62,519 nt of DNA, filler included, from 4 parts of 4 records of this genome joined end to end with filler, not necessarily neighbours in it, one strand, 5' to 3'; counted from the first letter of the whole stretch, positions 1 through 8,865 are shown. Numbers and translations: made by a program. The notes: a model not told the origin generated them from the letters alone.

Positions 1-72
1 GAATTCCAGGTCGGATTGCGCCTGGAGGGGGAGCGTTAACACAAGCGTAAGAAGTATCAAAGTTGTTTGCAT
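1..72 (-). CDS. 5' end of a secreted protein running off the left edge (partial)
   Basis: Manual translation MQTTLILLTLVLTLPLQA|QSDLEF: hydrophobic core, signal-peptidase-like site, Gln at +1; in-frame stop just upstream. Not in the ORF track. Confidence 0.6.
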   Translation of the reverse strand, partial: MQTTLILLTLVLTLPLQAQSDLEF

Positions 73-370
73 ATGTCGGCAGTTTTAAGGCTGTCAATCG
101 AATTGATAGTCCTGTGAAAGTGCATTTATCTAACCGACACCGGTCCATCGTACTGGTTTGTATGTTTCGCCGCTTAAACAAACTGAGTTTAAGTTCTGTA
201 CTCGTGGGTTTCGTATTAAACATCACCCTTGGTTCTGTTCGCTGAGCTGTTTAGTTGCCTTTTTGATTGCAGCGCCGCCTAAAACCCCTACGGGCGGCTT
301 GCCTTTTGATTTTCTGTTTAGGCATTGATTAATTATCGTTAATTCGATTAGCGTTGGAGCGCAAGAAAGT

Positions 371-402
371 AGGGCATGTTTAATGTTTCACCAACATGCC
401 CT
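371..402 (-). terminator. Probable intrinsic terminator of the lipoprotein gene
   Basis: 10-bp perfect stem AGGGCATGTT/AACATGCCCT about 20 bp past the stop, followed on the minus strand by ACTTTCTT. Confidence 0.55.
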
Positions 403-420
403 GTGTTGACAGTTGTTTTA

Positions 421-1707
421 TCACGGGCGCGCCAACTGAATAATAAGTTCGGCATCAGGTGTTGCCCGGATTTGACCTGGAATAAAACTTGACTCTGTAA
501 TTGTTGTAAAGGTCGGAGTATAGTTGCCTTTTCTGTCTGCAGAGGAATATTCAAGTGTGAGTGCCCGTAAAATTTCCTCACCACGCAGAATGACCATGCC
601 GTTCTGAACACCGGAGATATCTATCAGATAACGTTCATTAGAAGAGTTGGCCCAGGTCCCAGTATTGTTTCGTCCTGAAGTTTGGAACTCGCGTTGTAGT
701 TCAATTGATTGCGGGATATCACTACCGGCTGCATAACTGACGCGCAAGACATAATTGTTGGTTGGGCCGCTTACTCTATCCGATAGAACGTTCAGGCTCA
801 GGTGCTGGCGATAGATCATACTGTTGCCATCTTTTTCGATGCTTGAACTGTGGCTGATGTTTCGGTCGCCAGGGATTCTCGTTTGCGGTCTGAACTCCAA
901 CTGCAGCTGTTCCCAAGTGCTGTCCCGGCTCGCTGGATGCCAGTCTTCAGGTTCGTAGCGAACCGCGTTTTCCAGCTGAATTTCGACTCCGCTGAGTGTA
1001 AAGAACACATCGTCAATGCAGTGGTCCTTGCGTTGCAGTTCTGCAGCCGAACGAAACACTTCATTCTGCTCATTGTCCAGGATACGCAGATAACCGGCCT
1101 CGGTATTTGCGGGGATAATTAATGCAAAAGTTGTACTGGGAGTCCACGGATCCATGAATCGCTCCAGCGGCTGATCGTCAATAAAAAAGCTGTAATCACC
1201 GGGTTTACCGGGGTTTTCAACCTGAACGTTGATGACGGAGTTTGGACAATACTCCATCGGCTCAAGCGAAGTAACTCTCAATTTATCCGGGTCGCGCCGA
1301 TCACAGTCCTCGGCGACTTCTGCCTCAAACTCTGCAAGCGTTTCAGTCTCATTTTCATCGAGTAAAATGATCTGTCCATCGGCAATATCCCAAGGTACGA
1401 TTGCAGTTAAGCTATTGGCATTCTGCGAGAGAATCGTGGCTTTGACGCCACCAATGCTAAGATTAAACGTGCCCGCATCGGCCGGGAAGTCCTGGCCGAA
1501 AATGGTTATTTCCTGTGGCGGACAGATTGTAAGAGCATCTATCGAATCAATTTTTACCGTGTCTACATGATTTGTATCGACCGGCGGTTCGCTGGACGGC
1601 GGATTAACAATTGCGTCGTCATCGCCGCAGGCTGAGAGTAGCACAACAAAAATCAGCGTGACTAGAGTTGACGTAAATATCTTTGGAGAGTGCATTCTAT
1701 GCTCCAT
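421..1707 (-). CDS. Surface lipoprotein with IPT/TIG (Ig-like) domains
   Basis: Lipobox LLSA-C followed by GDDD; IPT/TIG-like segment (ITIFGQDF...LSIGGVKATILSQNANSLTAIVP). Start 1707 or 1695 preferred over 1752. Confidence 0.65.
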   Translation of the reverse strand: MEHRMHSPKIFTSTLVTLIFVVLLSACGDDDAIVNPPSSEPPVDTNHVDTVKIDSIDALTICPPQEITIFGQDFPADAGTFNLSIGGVKATILSQNANSLTAIVPWDIADGQIILLDENETETLAEFEAEVAEDCDRRDPDKLRVTSLEPMEYCPNSVINVQVENPGKPGDYSFFIDDQPLERFMDPWTPSTTFALIIPANTEAGYLRILDNEQNEVFRSAAELQRKDHCIDDVFFTLSGVEIQLENAVRYEPEDWHPASRDSTWEQLQLEFRPQTRIPGDRNISHSSSIEKDGNSMIYRQHLSLNVLSDRVSGPTNNYVLRVSYAAGSDIPQSIELQREFQTSGRNNTGTWANSSNERYLIDISGVQNGMVILRGEEILRALTLEYSSADRKGNYTPTFTTITESSFIPGQIRATPDAELIIQLARP

Positions 1708-1765
1708 ATAATGTCTGATTGCGTATGCTGCAAGATAGCAGTTTGTTAACATGGAGGTACTACTG

Positions 1766-1773
1766 CAAAACTA
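1766..1773 (-). promoter_or_regulatory. Bacteroidota-type -7 promoter element
   Basis: TAGTTTTG on the minus strand (TAnnTTTG), about 60 bp upstream of the lipoprotein start. Confidence 0.5.
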
Positions 1774-2002
1774 CCGCATTTTCAAGGCATGGCGTGGGGG
1801 ATTTTGCTTGTGGCCGGTAGTGATTTTTTGCCTGTACTTGCTGCGACAGAGTCGGCGGTCGACAGGTTTTCTTTTGCTTGATGTTTTTAAGTTATGTTGT
1901 TCAGCCGGCGCAGCCGCATGTGGCCTGCGCCGGTGAATCTGAATGTTGGCCTGAACTTAAGTGATCCATTAATGTGATGCAAGCCAATTCACTGTTCTGA
2001 AA

Positions 2003-2947
2003 CTATTTCCCCGGCAAAACTTTCTGGGTGCTCTTAAAATGCAGTTTGGCGATCTTGCTCAGCTCTGACGGCCCCTGGCGCTTAACAAACTCCCGGGCGG
2101 CTTTGATGACAGCGGCCGAAGCACCCTTGGGCAGGCTCAATCCATAAGTTTTTTCCAGCTGGGCCATGTGCTCCACGAATGCAGCGCGCGCCAGAATACT
2201 TGCTGCAGCAACCGCAATATTACGCTCGGCACGCACTTCCTGCTTAAGTGTTACCTTACGGCCGCGCTGCATCAGATTGCGCTTAATGCGGAACTCATGT
2301 GCAAACTTGTCCGAAAGAACCGTGTCACAATCAACTTGTTCCAGCAGGTTCTCGATCACACGTGCATGGCCCCAGCCGAGCAACTCATTCAGGTTGCCAA
2401 TTTTGGTATAGAGCTCATTATACTTGCTGTTGCCAAGAACTACCACCGAATGCGCCTGCCGCCGTTTAATCTGCGCCGCAATCTTAACTATTTGCGTATC
2501 AGCCAGGCTCTTGCTATCGCGTACGCCCAGCTTAAGTAAGGCCGCGACGTCTTCGCGGCGGACATGGACACCAGCGATGACCAGCGGCCCCAGGTAGTCG
2601 CCTTTGCCGGATTCATCCACGCCAATCAGAGAAGCCAGGTCAGGCATCGAGAGGTCAGAGTCGCCGGATTTGCTGCCGGCTGCAGATCCCAGGCCGGTGT
2701 CTGCGTTGATCCCCAGGATTGACTCAATGCGAGCACGCAGTACTGAAGATTTGATCGGTGAAAGGTCGAGTTTGACGCCTTTTTTGCCGGCATAAATGCG
2801 CATCATGAATTCCTGCTCACCATTGCCCACCTTTGCCTGCAGGCCGTAGTTGATCGCGCGGGGTTCACCAACTAACCAGCCGGCGTGACCCAAAGTGCGC
2901 GTTACCGCGTGCAGCATATCCATTGCCGTTTTGAATTCTCCCTGCAC
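2003..2947 (-). CDS. rnhC: Ribonuclease HIII
   Basis: IGVDESGKGDYLGPLV, GVRDSK, VAAASILAR, LPKGA and AKLHFK motifs; DESGKGD plus an N-terminal extension indicates HIII rather than HII. Confidence 0.88.
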   Translation of the reverse strand: MQGEFKTAMDMLHAVTRTLGHAGWLVGEPRAINYGLQAKVGNGEQEFMMRIYAGKKGVKLDLSPIKSSVLRARIESILGINADTGLGSAAGSKSGDSDLSMPDLASLIGVDESGKGDYLGPLVIAGVHVRREDVAALLKLGVRDSKSLADTQIVKIAAQIKRRQAHSVVVLGNSKYNELYTKIGNLNELLGWGHARVIENLLEQVDCDTVLSDKFAHEFRIKRNLMQRGRKVTLKQEVRAERNIAVAAASILARAAFVEHMAQLEKTYGLSLPKGASAAVIKAAREFVKRQGPSELSKIAKLHFKSTQKVLPGK

Positions 2948-3061
2948 AACTGCTCCCGTTCGGTGATTCTACTCTTCTAACACAGTGCAAAACAAGAAAC
3001 TGCCTTTGCAAGAAATTAGAAGGCCAAAATACGGAAGTGCAGCCAGATTGCCGATCGGGGA

Positions 3062-3381
3062 TAATCCACATAGTCTGTGGAAAACTCAAAATGTGCTGTG
3101 GAAAAGTGTAAAAGTCGGTGGAAAACCTTGTGTATAAGCTTGGAACTATGCGGCCTAGAGCTGTTGATAATCCCGTAAATCGTTATACAGTAACATTTTA
3201 CGGCGTATTGGTCCCGGGCGTACTTTTACACCTGGTGGCGATAATTATCCACAGTTGAACCAGAGACAATTCGAGAATACTTGAGTTGATAAACCACAAG
3301 TCACTGTGAATTATAGACTTATCCACAGTCATTCGATGTGAATTCTACATTTGTGTGTCCGATTGGGCGAAATGTGGATAG
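3062..3381. other. DnaA-box cluster, probable oriC
   Basis: Perfect TTWTNCACA at 3076-3084(-), 3097-3105(-), 3129-3137(-), 3245-3253(+), 3319-3327(+); one-mismatch boxes at 3062, 3117, 3162, 3224, 3305, 3373; AT-rich intergenic segment. Confidence 0.8.
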
Positions 3382-3397
3382 TGGAAAACTGAAAGTG

Positions 3398-4693
3398 TCA
3401 AAATACTGACGACCAGGCAGGTTTGGTGGACTGTCGCTTGCGTAAACTCTCGAGCAGAAACGTGAGATCATCCTTCTGCTGGTCGGTCAGTGCGCTCATT
3501 TCCGGTGATGGTTGTAATAGCTGGGCCGCACATGTAGCAAGTGACACAGGTGGGTAGGCGGCGTCGCGCACAAAGTGAATGCATTTGAGTACACGTAGAT
3601 TGTTCAACCAGTCGAATAGTTTCTTGCGCAGCATACCGGGACCGGAGCTGTTTTGCAAAATTAGCTCGGCGGCCGCCTGAAAATCACTGGCCAGCAAAAA
3701 TTCCCACAGAAGCGCATCACCCTGAAGTAGCGCCATAAGCTGCTCCAACTGCAAGGAATCTATCGACCTGACACTCTCACAGAAATGCTGAACGTGTTTG
3801 TAGCTGCGTGGATCGTAGGTCTTGAGCGCTTCGTCAGAAGAAACCCAGTCTCCAACTGCCTTGCCTGTGCCAAACGGTACACGATCGGAAATGCGCGGTG
3901 AGGGAATCACACGTGTATCCAGAATCTCGCCGTAATGGCCCAGTGGAAATAACTTCTGCAGAAAGTAAAAGTCCTCGGCAGCTTTGCGCTTGTTCATGCC
4001 ACCTGCGCGGCAATAGACATCCGCCCGCACCGCAAAACTGGAGCCGATTGTATGGAAGGCATAGGGATAAGCCGCGCTGCGCAATCCAGCTACATAGGCG
4101 CGCAAATGCAGCTCGTATTCCGTGATGGCAGAATAGATTTCAGCCGGATAACTGTTTCCCTGCAACGGATGTTCATAATGTATCGACGCTGCCGGCATTT
4201 TCGCATCGCTGCGGAATGCCTCAAGAATGCAGTTCAGGTAGTTTGGATCAACACTTGAATCTGCGTCCAGGCCAACGATTATTCCTTCGGGGCGGTCCAG
4301 GAGCGCAAAACGGCGCGCGGCCTCATCCATCACCCGTTTACGTGCCAGGCCCACACCCGCATGTTTAGGTGTTAAACTGTTGTCGGCAAACACATGGTAA
4401 CTGAGCATGGGGTTTGAGTTCACATCTGCCCACGCGCGCACTTGCGCTTCACAACGCTGGTTGGTTGCCAGTATCCCGTCATTTACGTGCGTACCGGCGT
4501 TAACACATACTATTACTTCGACTGCCTCGGTCGGTGCATCGCAGTTTTGCAGTGCGGCAAGTGTCGTCAGAATATCCGGCTCGTTGTGCGCCGGAATTGT
4601 GATGATCATTTGTAGATTGTTTACAGGGCCGGCGTTAATCTGCGCCTGCCCGCCGTGAAAGCGGTCGCGATAATGACTGTAGAGCGTTTGCAT
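3398..4693 (-). CDS. Glycosyltransferase family 2-like protein
   Basis: ITIPAHNE, GVGLARK, LDADS (DxD), GSSFAV and EDFYF motifs of GT-A enzymes. Start set at ATG 4693. Confidence 0.75.
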   Translation of the reverse strand: MQTLYSHYRDRFHGGQAQINAGPVNNLQMIITIPAHNEPDILTTLAALQNCDAPTEAVEVIVCVNAGTHVNDGILATNQRCEAQVRAWADVNSNPMLSYHVFADNSLTPKHAGVGLARKRVMDEAARRFALLDRPEGIIVGLDADSSVDPNYLNCILEAFRSDAKMPAASIHYEHPLQGNSYPAEIYSAITEYELHLRAYVAGLRSAAYPYAFHTIGSSFAVRADVYCRAGGMNKRKAAEDFYFLQKLFPLGHYGEILDTRVIPSPRISDRVPFGTGKAVGDWVSSDEALKTYDPRSYKHVQHFCESVRSIDSLQLEQLMALLQGDALLWEFLLASDFQAAAELILQNSSGPGMLRKKLFDWLNNLRVLKCIHFVRDAAYPPVSLATCAAQLLQPSPEMSALTDQQKDDLTFLLESLRKRQSTKPAWSSVF

Positions 4694-4810
4694 AGATATG
4701 CAACATACACAGAAAGCAATTGCAGATGTGAGTTGTGAAACTTTTTTGGCCCAGTGCTTCACCTTGAGTGTCAAGAAACGATTCTGCTGATCATCATTGA
4801 GACAAAACGG

Positions 4811-5560
4811 ATGAACACAAGAACATCAGACTGCGCACGGAATTCCGATCCACCGCCCGATCGAAGCAATGCAGACCGTCACGGGTCTGTCAATTCACGA
4901 GTTGATACGCAGGCCGACAAAACCCTCGAAAGCGAATTTCTTCGACTCCTCGCAATTGCCAAGCCGGGGTTAACACGCTTCTGCTGGGCGATGGCACGCA
5001 ACGAACAGGATGCCGTTGACCTATTGAGCGATACGGTTCTTAAAGCGTGGCAGGCATTCCCAACCCTGCGCGACCCACAAGCATTCCCCAAGTTTTGTTT
5101 AACAATTGCGCGACGTGAAGCTGCTTCTTTCTGGCGTCGCAAGCAGCGTCACCCTGAAGGATCAGCTGATATCTGGACGGAATTGGTAGCGGATACAACT
5201 CCACCAGATGTGCGCAGTGACATTGAACGCTTGCACGCAGCTCTAAAACAACTGCCACGCAAACAACGCGAAGCCGTCGCCTTGTTTGAATTGAATGGAT
5301 TTAGTCTGAATGAAATTCAGGCAGTTCAGGGCGGTTCACTCTCGGGTGTTAAATCGCGCATCCGCCGCGGACGCAAACGCCTGGCCGAACTGCTCGGAGC
5401 CGAAGATCATCCACAGTCTGCATTAGGGAAGTCGAAACAGAACGCCGCGGAGCGTTTTGTGCTCGTGATTTCCAGTGCAAGGGCCAATGCAACTACCGAC
5501 GGCCTGGTTAACAACCCTGCTCACCCCAAATTGGAACAGAATAATTATGAATGCCAATAA
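4811..5560 (+). CDS. ECF-type RNA polymerase sigma-70 factor
   Basis: Region 2 (DAVDLLSDTVLKAW) and region 4 (LPRKQREAVALFELNGFSLNEI...VKSRIRRGR) only. Confidence 0.9.
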   Translation: MNTRTSDCARNSDPPPDRSNADRHGSVNSRVDTQADKTLESEFLRLLAIAKPGLTRFCWAMARNEQDAVDLLSDTVLKAWQAFPTLRDPQAFPKFCLTIARREAASFWRRKQRHPEGSADIWTELVADTTPPDVRSDIERLHAALKQLPRKQREAVALFELNGFSLNEIQAVQGGSLSGVKSRIRRGRKRLAELLGAEDHPQSALGKSKQNAAERFVLVISSARANATTDGLVNNPAHPKLEQNNYECQ

Positions 5561-6938
5561 ACGCGACCTGAACGAATATTTTAACACTGCACGTGGCCAC
5601 ATTCAATCGCCTGCAAATGCACAGCTGAAACATCAACTGAAATATCAACTGACGAATAAAATCAAAAGGCCGGCCTCAATTAACAGGGTTTTACCCTACG
5701 TAATAGGTTCTGCCTCACTGTTAACTTTAGCTGTTCTCTTTTTGCATAGGGCACCTGATGATTCAGCTGTAGAGGCTGCATCAGCAAATAGTACTGCCAA
5801 GCAAATGGGCTTAGTGACTGAGAGCCATGTAGCCGGCTTGCAGCAGGAACACACCAGTGAAATTGGCGCGGAGACCGTGCCACTTAAGGAAGGAGCAAAT
5901 CATGTCATAGATAAGACTGAGCCCGATCTGGAGCAAGATAAAGCTGAGCCAAACGGGAGCAAGCGAGATCGGGAAGGAAATATCGAAGAGCCTACAATTG
6001 TTAGGTCTGAGGTAGATTTACCTCCTGCTTCTTCCCCTAAACACTGGGTCGTTCCGCATGCGACCGTTTTTGGCTCATACCTGTGGGAAGACGAATTTGA
6101 GCTCCTGGGACTTAAGCTGGAAGACTGCACATTGTCATTTTACTCTCGTGAAGCTTTGATCATCAAGGACGCCGAAACTTGCCTGCCGGTGGATAGAAAA
6201 GATTTAAACCTTGAGCGAGACTACTTCATAATTGAGCACAAGGCGCGCTATTTGGAGGCAGCTGTTGAGCTTCACTACATACTTGAGCGCGAGGAGTATA
6301 AGCTTGACGTTCCTAAACCAATAGCCTATGAAGTTATTGCAGCTGACGGTTTGGTTGGAGAGTTTCACACAATTGGCGACGGTGCTGTTAAACTCCAGAC
6401 TGTTCTGGACCGGCGAGCGCCGAACCGGAGGAATGAACCCGTTCGTCTCGGTGCGCACGTTATTATCCCCATTCGAGTTGAACCACTGTGTGGAGCGCAT
6501 AATGAGAAATTTAAAGTAGTTCTGTGGTACATACTTAACAAGGAATTGTTGGAATATTTACCTGATCGAGCTAGCGCTGACTTGTCCCGGCTGTTAATCG
6601 GTCATCAAAGAGCCAACCGCCCATCGGATCAAGGCGACGCGTCTTTCCTGCCAGATAAAGAATTCGGGGGGGCAAAAATCCTTAAGAGTTCACTCGGCCC
6701 AAACCCGGCTTCGATGGCGACAACCCTGCGTTTCAAAATGGTAGGCAAAACAACTGTACAGATTGTTTTGTACAACATGCAGGGACGAATGGTACAGTCT
6801 ATTCACGAAGGTGAACTCACCACCGGCATACACGAGTTTGAGCTTGACCTGCGCAACGTCCGAGCAGGTACGTATCTGCTGCGCATGGATGCGGGCAAGA
6901 AGTTCGTGGAAACTCTGCAGCTACGTGTTGAAAAATGA
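5547..6938 (+). CDS. Putative anti-sigma factor, single TM, with C-terminal T9SS type-A sorting-like domain
   Basis: Overlaps the sigma stop; short N-terminus, TM (YVIGSASLLTLAVLFL), linker, and C-terminal PNPAS...IVLYNMQGRMV...GTYLLR. Confidence 0.65.
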   Translation: MNANKRDLNEYFNTARGHIQSPANAQLKHQLKYQLTNKIKRPASINRVLPYVIGSASLLTLAVLFLHRAPDDSAVEAASANSTAKQMGLVTESHVAGLQQEHTSEIGAETVPLKEGANHVIDKTEPDLEQDKAEPNGSKRDREGNIEEPTIVRSEVDLPPASSPKHWVVPHATVFGSYLWEDEFELLGLKLEDCTLSFYSREALIIKDAETCLPVDRKDLNLERDYFIIEHKARYLEAAVELHYILEREEYKLDVPKPIAYEVIAADGLVGEFHTIGDGAVKLQTVLDRRAPNRRNEPVRLGAHVIIPIRVEPLCGAHNEKFKVVLWYILNKELLEYLPDRASADLSRLLIGHQRANRPSDQGDASFLPDKEFGGAKILKSSLGPNPASMATTLRFKMVGKTTVQIVLYNMQGRMVQSIHEGELTTGIHEFELDLRNVRAGTYLLRMDAGKKFVETLQLRVEK

Positions 6939-7061
6939 AACTGTCGGCAAATCTGACACTTTTACTCGCTGCGGTAAATATGCCACACTTTTGTGTTGAG
7001 TTTTACGTTGAAATACTGCTAAGGTGTGTGCTGCTGCGGCCCTAGGCTGTATGTGTTCTTC

Positions 7062-7076
7062 TGGCACGATACTTGT
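7062..7076 (+). promoter_or_regulatory. Sigma54-like -24/-12 promoter
   Basis: TGGCACG-ATAC-TTGT versus consensus TGGCACG-N4-TTGC; exact GG-N10-G spacing with one change at -12. Confidence 0.5.
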
Positions 7077-7087
7077 TGTTTAATCAG

Positions 7088-7296
7088 GGACTCGTGTTCA
7101 TACCCACATGTGCTTCCGTAGCGGCACTGTACAGCACCAAGCGAGCGTCACTGCATCCCGGCGCGGCGACCATCAGTCCATTCACATTTATGTGAAGTCT
7201 TGCCTGCCGCAAATGTTGGATGTAGTGACGTTTGTCTTGCTGTAAAGTTTGTCGTACAGCAGCTTAACAAATGGCCGCAATTTACATTTGTTTTTG
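7088..7296 (+). ncRNA. Candidate structured ncRNA (rod-like), family unknown
   Basis: Uninterrupted 18-bp helix 7141-7158/7218-7235 with 4 G-U pairs, flanking helices 7130-7136/7238-7244 and 7121-7126/7250-7255, apical hairpin 7181-7196, then hairpin 7266-7292 plus U-rich tail. Confidence 0.45.
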
Positions 7297-7994
7297 ATGT
7301 TTTGTTTAATGTTTAATTCGTGCATTCACGAGCTGTTTTGTTGGTTTGGTAAATAGTTATTTGTCTGAATGGCTGTTCGTTTCCTCGTTTGTTTGAAGCT
7401 CGCCGTGTAGTTTAAGTCGTGTGTTCTTTTTGCGGTGTGTCTGCTTTTGGGCTATGTGTTTGTCGGTGGTATATGCATTGCGGCTCGATTGCCTTTGTTT
7501 AAGTCTGCTGTTTTCTTGACTTAACGGCCGGCCTTCGCCTCTGCGGCAGGCTCTGCCTTTCTTGTGGCTTGTCTTTTGACTGTTTTGTTAGTTGGCGAGT
7601 CTTCAGTCTCAAACGATTGAGTCTGATAGTCTTTGTAGTTAACAAGATCGTCATCAAAAAGTCAGTCGTGATTTTTTGCGGCGGGAGTGTAAACCGGTAT
7701 TCGGCGGCAATTCGAAAATGGATGCTCAGGCGAGATCAAAATGCTTGCGCGAACCAGTCACAGGAAATTGAATAGTGCTGATTGCTGCAGCTGATGAATG
7801 AGCCATGTTCTCGAGTATTTCGAAGCGCTCAGAGAATAGTGGGTCAGCAAGGCACAGCGAAAATGTTTTGAGCCTGGCGCTGGGTGCCGGAGTTGAGATG
7901 ATACATGGTAAAATGGGCCACTCAGCCTCAATCCACCCAAAAAAAATTGTTCGGTCCCTGATTGAATCCGCGTTGATTCTGTGAGTGCACACAA

Positions 7995-8229
7995 CCCGCC
8001 CACCCGGGAAAGAAACGCATCCTTAGTCTACAGGTCAATGCCAATCATTTGGGTGGCCCGTGCAAGTGTTTAAGCGGTCAGGGAAATAGCCCAAAAGTTT
8101 GCTTGATGTGGGAATTTTGGGCCTGCCGATTGTCGGCGGAGTGTGTGGTAGAATTTTTGTTCAGTGACATCAACTGCGTATCCCGGCATGAATACTGAAT
8201 TGAAAAATGCATCCCGCCCACCCGGGAAA
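7995..8229 (+). repeat. 17-bp exact direct repeat CCCGCCCACCCGGGAAA (2 copies)
   Basis: Copies at 7995-8011 and 8213-8229; each folds as CCCG-[CCCACC]-CGGG. Confidence 0.85.
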
Positions 8230-8461
8230 AATGCGCTTGGAACTTGAATGTTCCAAGGCTATTCGTTTTAGTGGTCCGCTAGGAATGAAGCGTGGGCTGG
8301 TTGCTGCAAGTGAACACAATAAAGGTTCGAAGTTTTGCCGGCTAAAGTATAGCCGGCTCAGGGTTGATGGTGTAATGGCTCGTATTGGATCTGCCTGCCG
8401 GCCCTGTGGCACCTGATAACAAATATTGCAGCGGACAAAGAATTAGCAGCGCCGCAATATC

Positions 8462-8477
8462 TAGTTTTGTACTTTTG
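8462..8477 (+). promoter_or_regulatory. Bacteroidota-type -7 promoter element(s) for cutA-miaE
   Basis: TAGTTTTG (8462-8469) and TACTTTTG (8470-8477), about 50 bp upstream of cutA. Confidence 0.55.
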
Positions 8478-8523
8478 CTCTAAGGAAGGATGTTCAACCA
8501 ATCTGAATTGGAGCGCGCGCAGC

Positions 8524-8865
8524 ATGAGTGCACAATTCGTTTATATCACGTGTAAAGACACAGGCGAGGCCGAATCGATCGGCAAGCAGCTTTTGGAAGA
8601 GCGATTAGTAGCCTGTGTTAATATCATCGACGGCATGCGCAGCATGTATTGGTGGCAGGGGCAGATTCAGCATAGCACGGAGTCCGTGTTAATAGCTAAA
8701 ACTCGCCAGGCGCGCGTGGAAGCGGTGATTGAAAAAGTTAAACAAGTACACAGTTACGATTGTCCCAGCGTAGTCAGCCTGCCGGTTGGTAATGGAAATC
8801 CGGAGTTCCTTGAATGGATTCTGGAAGAGACGCGTTTTCAGGGGCGCAAAGCCGAGGAATCATGA
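8524..8865 (+). CDS. cutA: Divalent-cation tolerance protein CutA
   Basis: LLEERLVACVNI, SMYWWQG and HSYDCP motifs. Confidence 0.93.
   Translation: MSAQFVYITCKDTGEAESIGKQLLEERLVACVNIIDGMRSMYWWQGQIQHSTESVLIAKTRQARVEAVIEKVKQVHSYDCPSVVSLPVGNGNPEFLEWILEETRFQGRKAEES

Noticed and set aside
1790..1807. Second sigma54-like site (TGGCGTG...TTTTGC)
   Set aside because: GG-to-GC spacing is 13 rather than the required 10.
7995..8229. CRISPR array
   Set aside because: Only two 17-bp copies 218 bp apart, and no cas genes.
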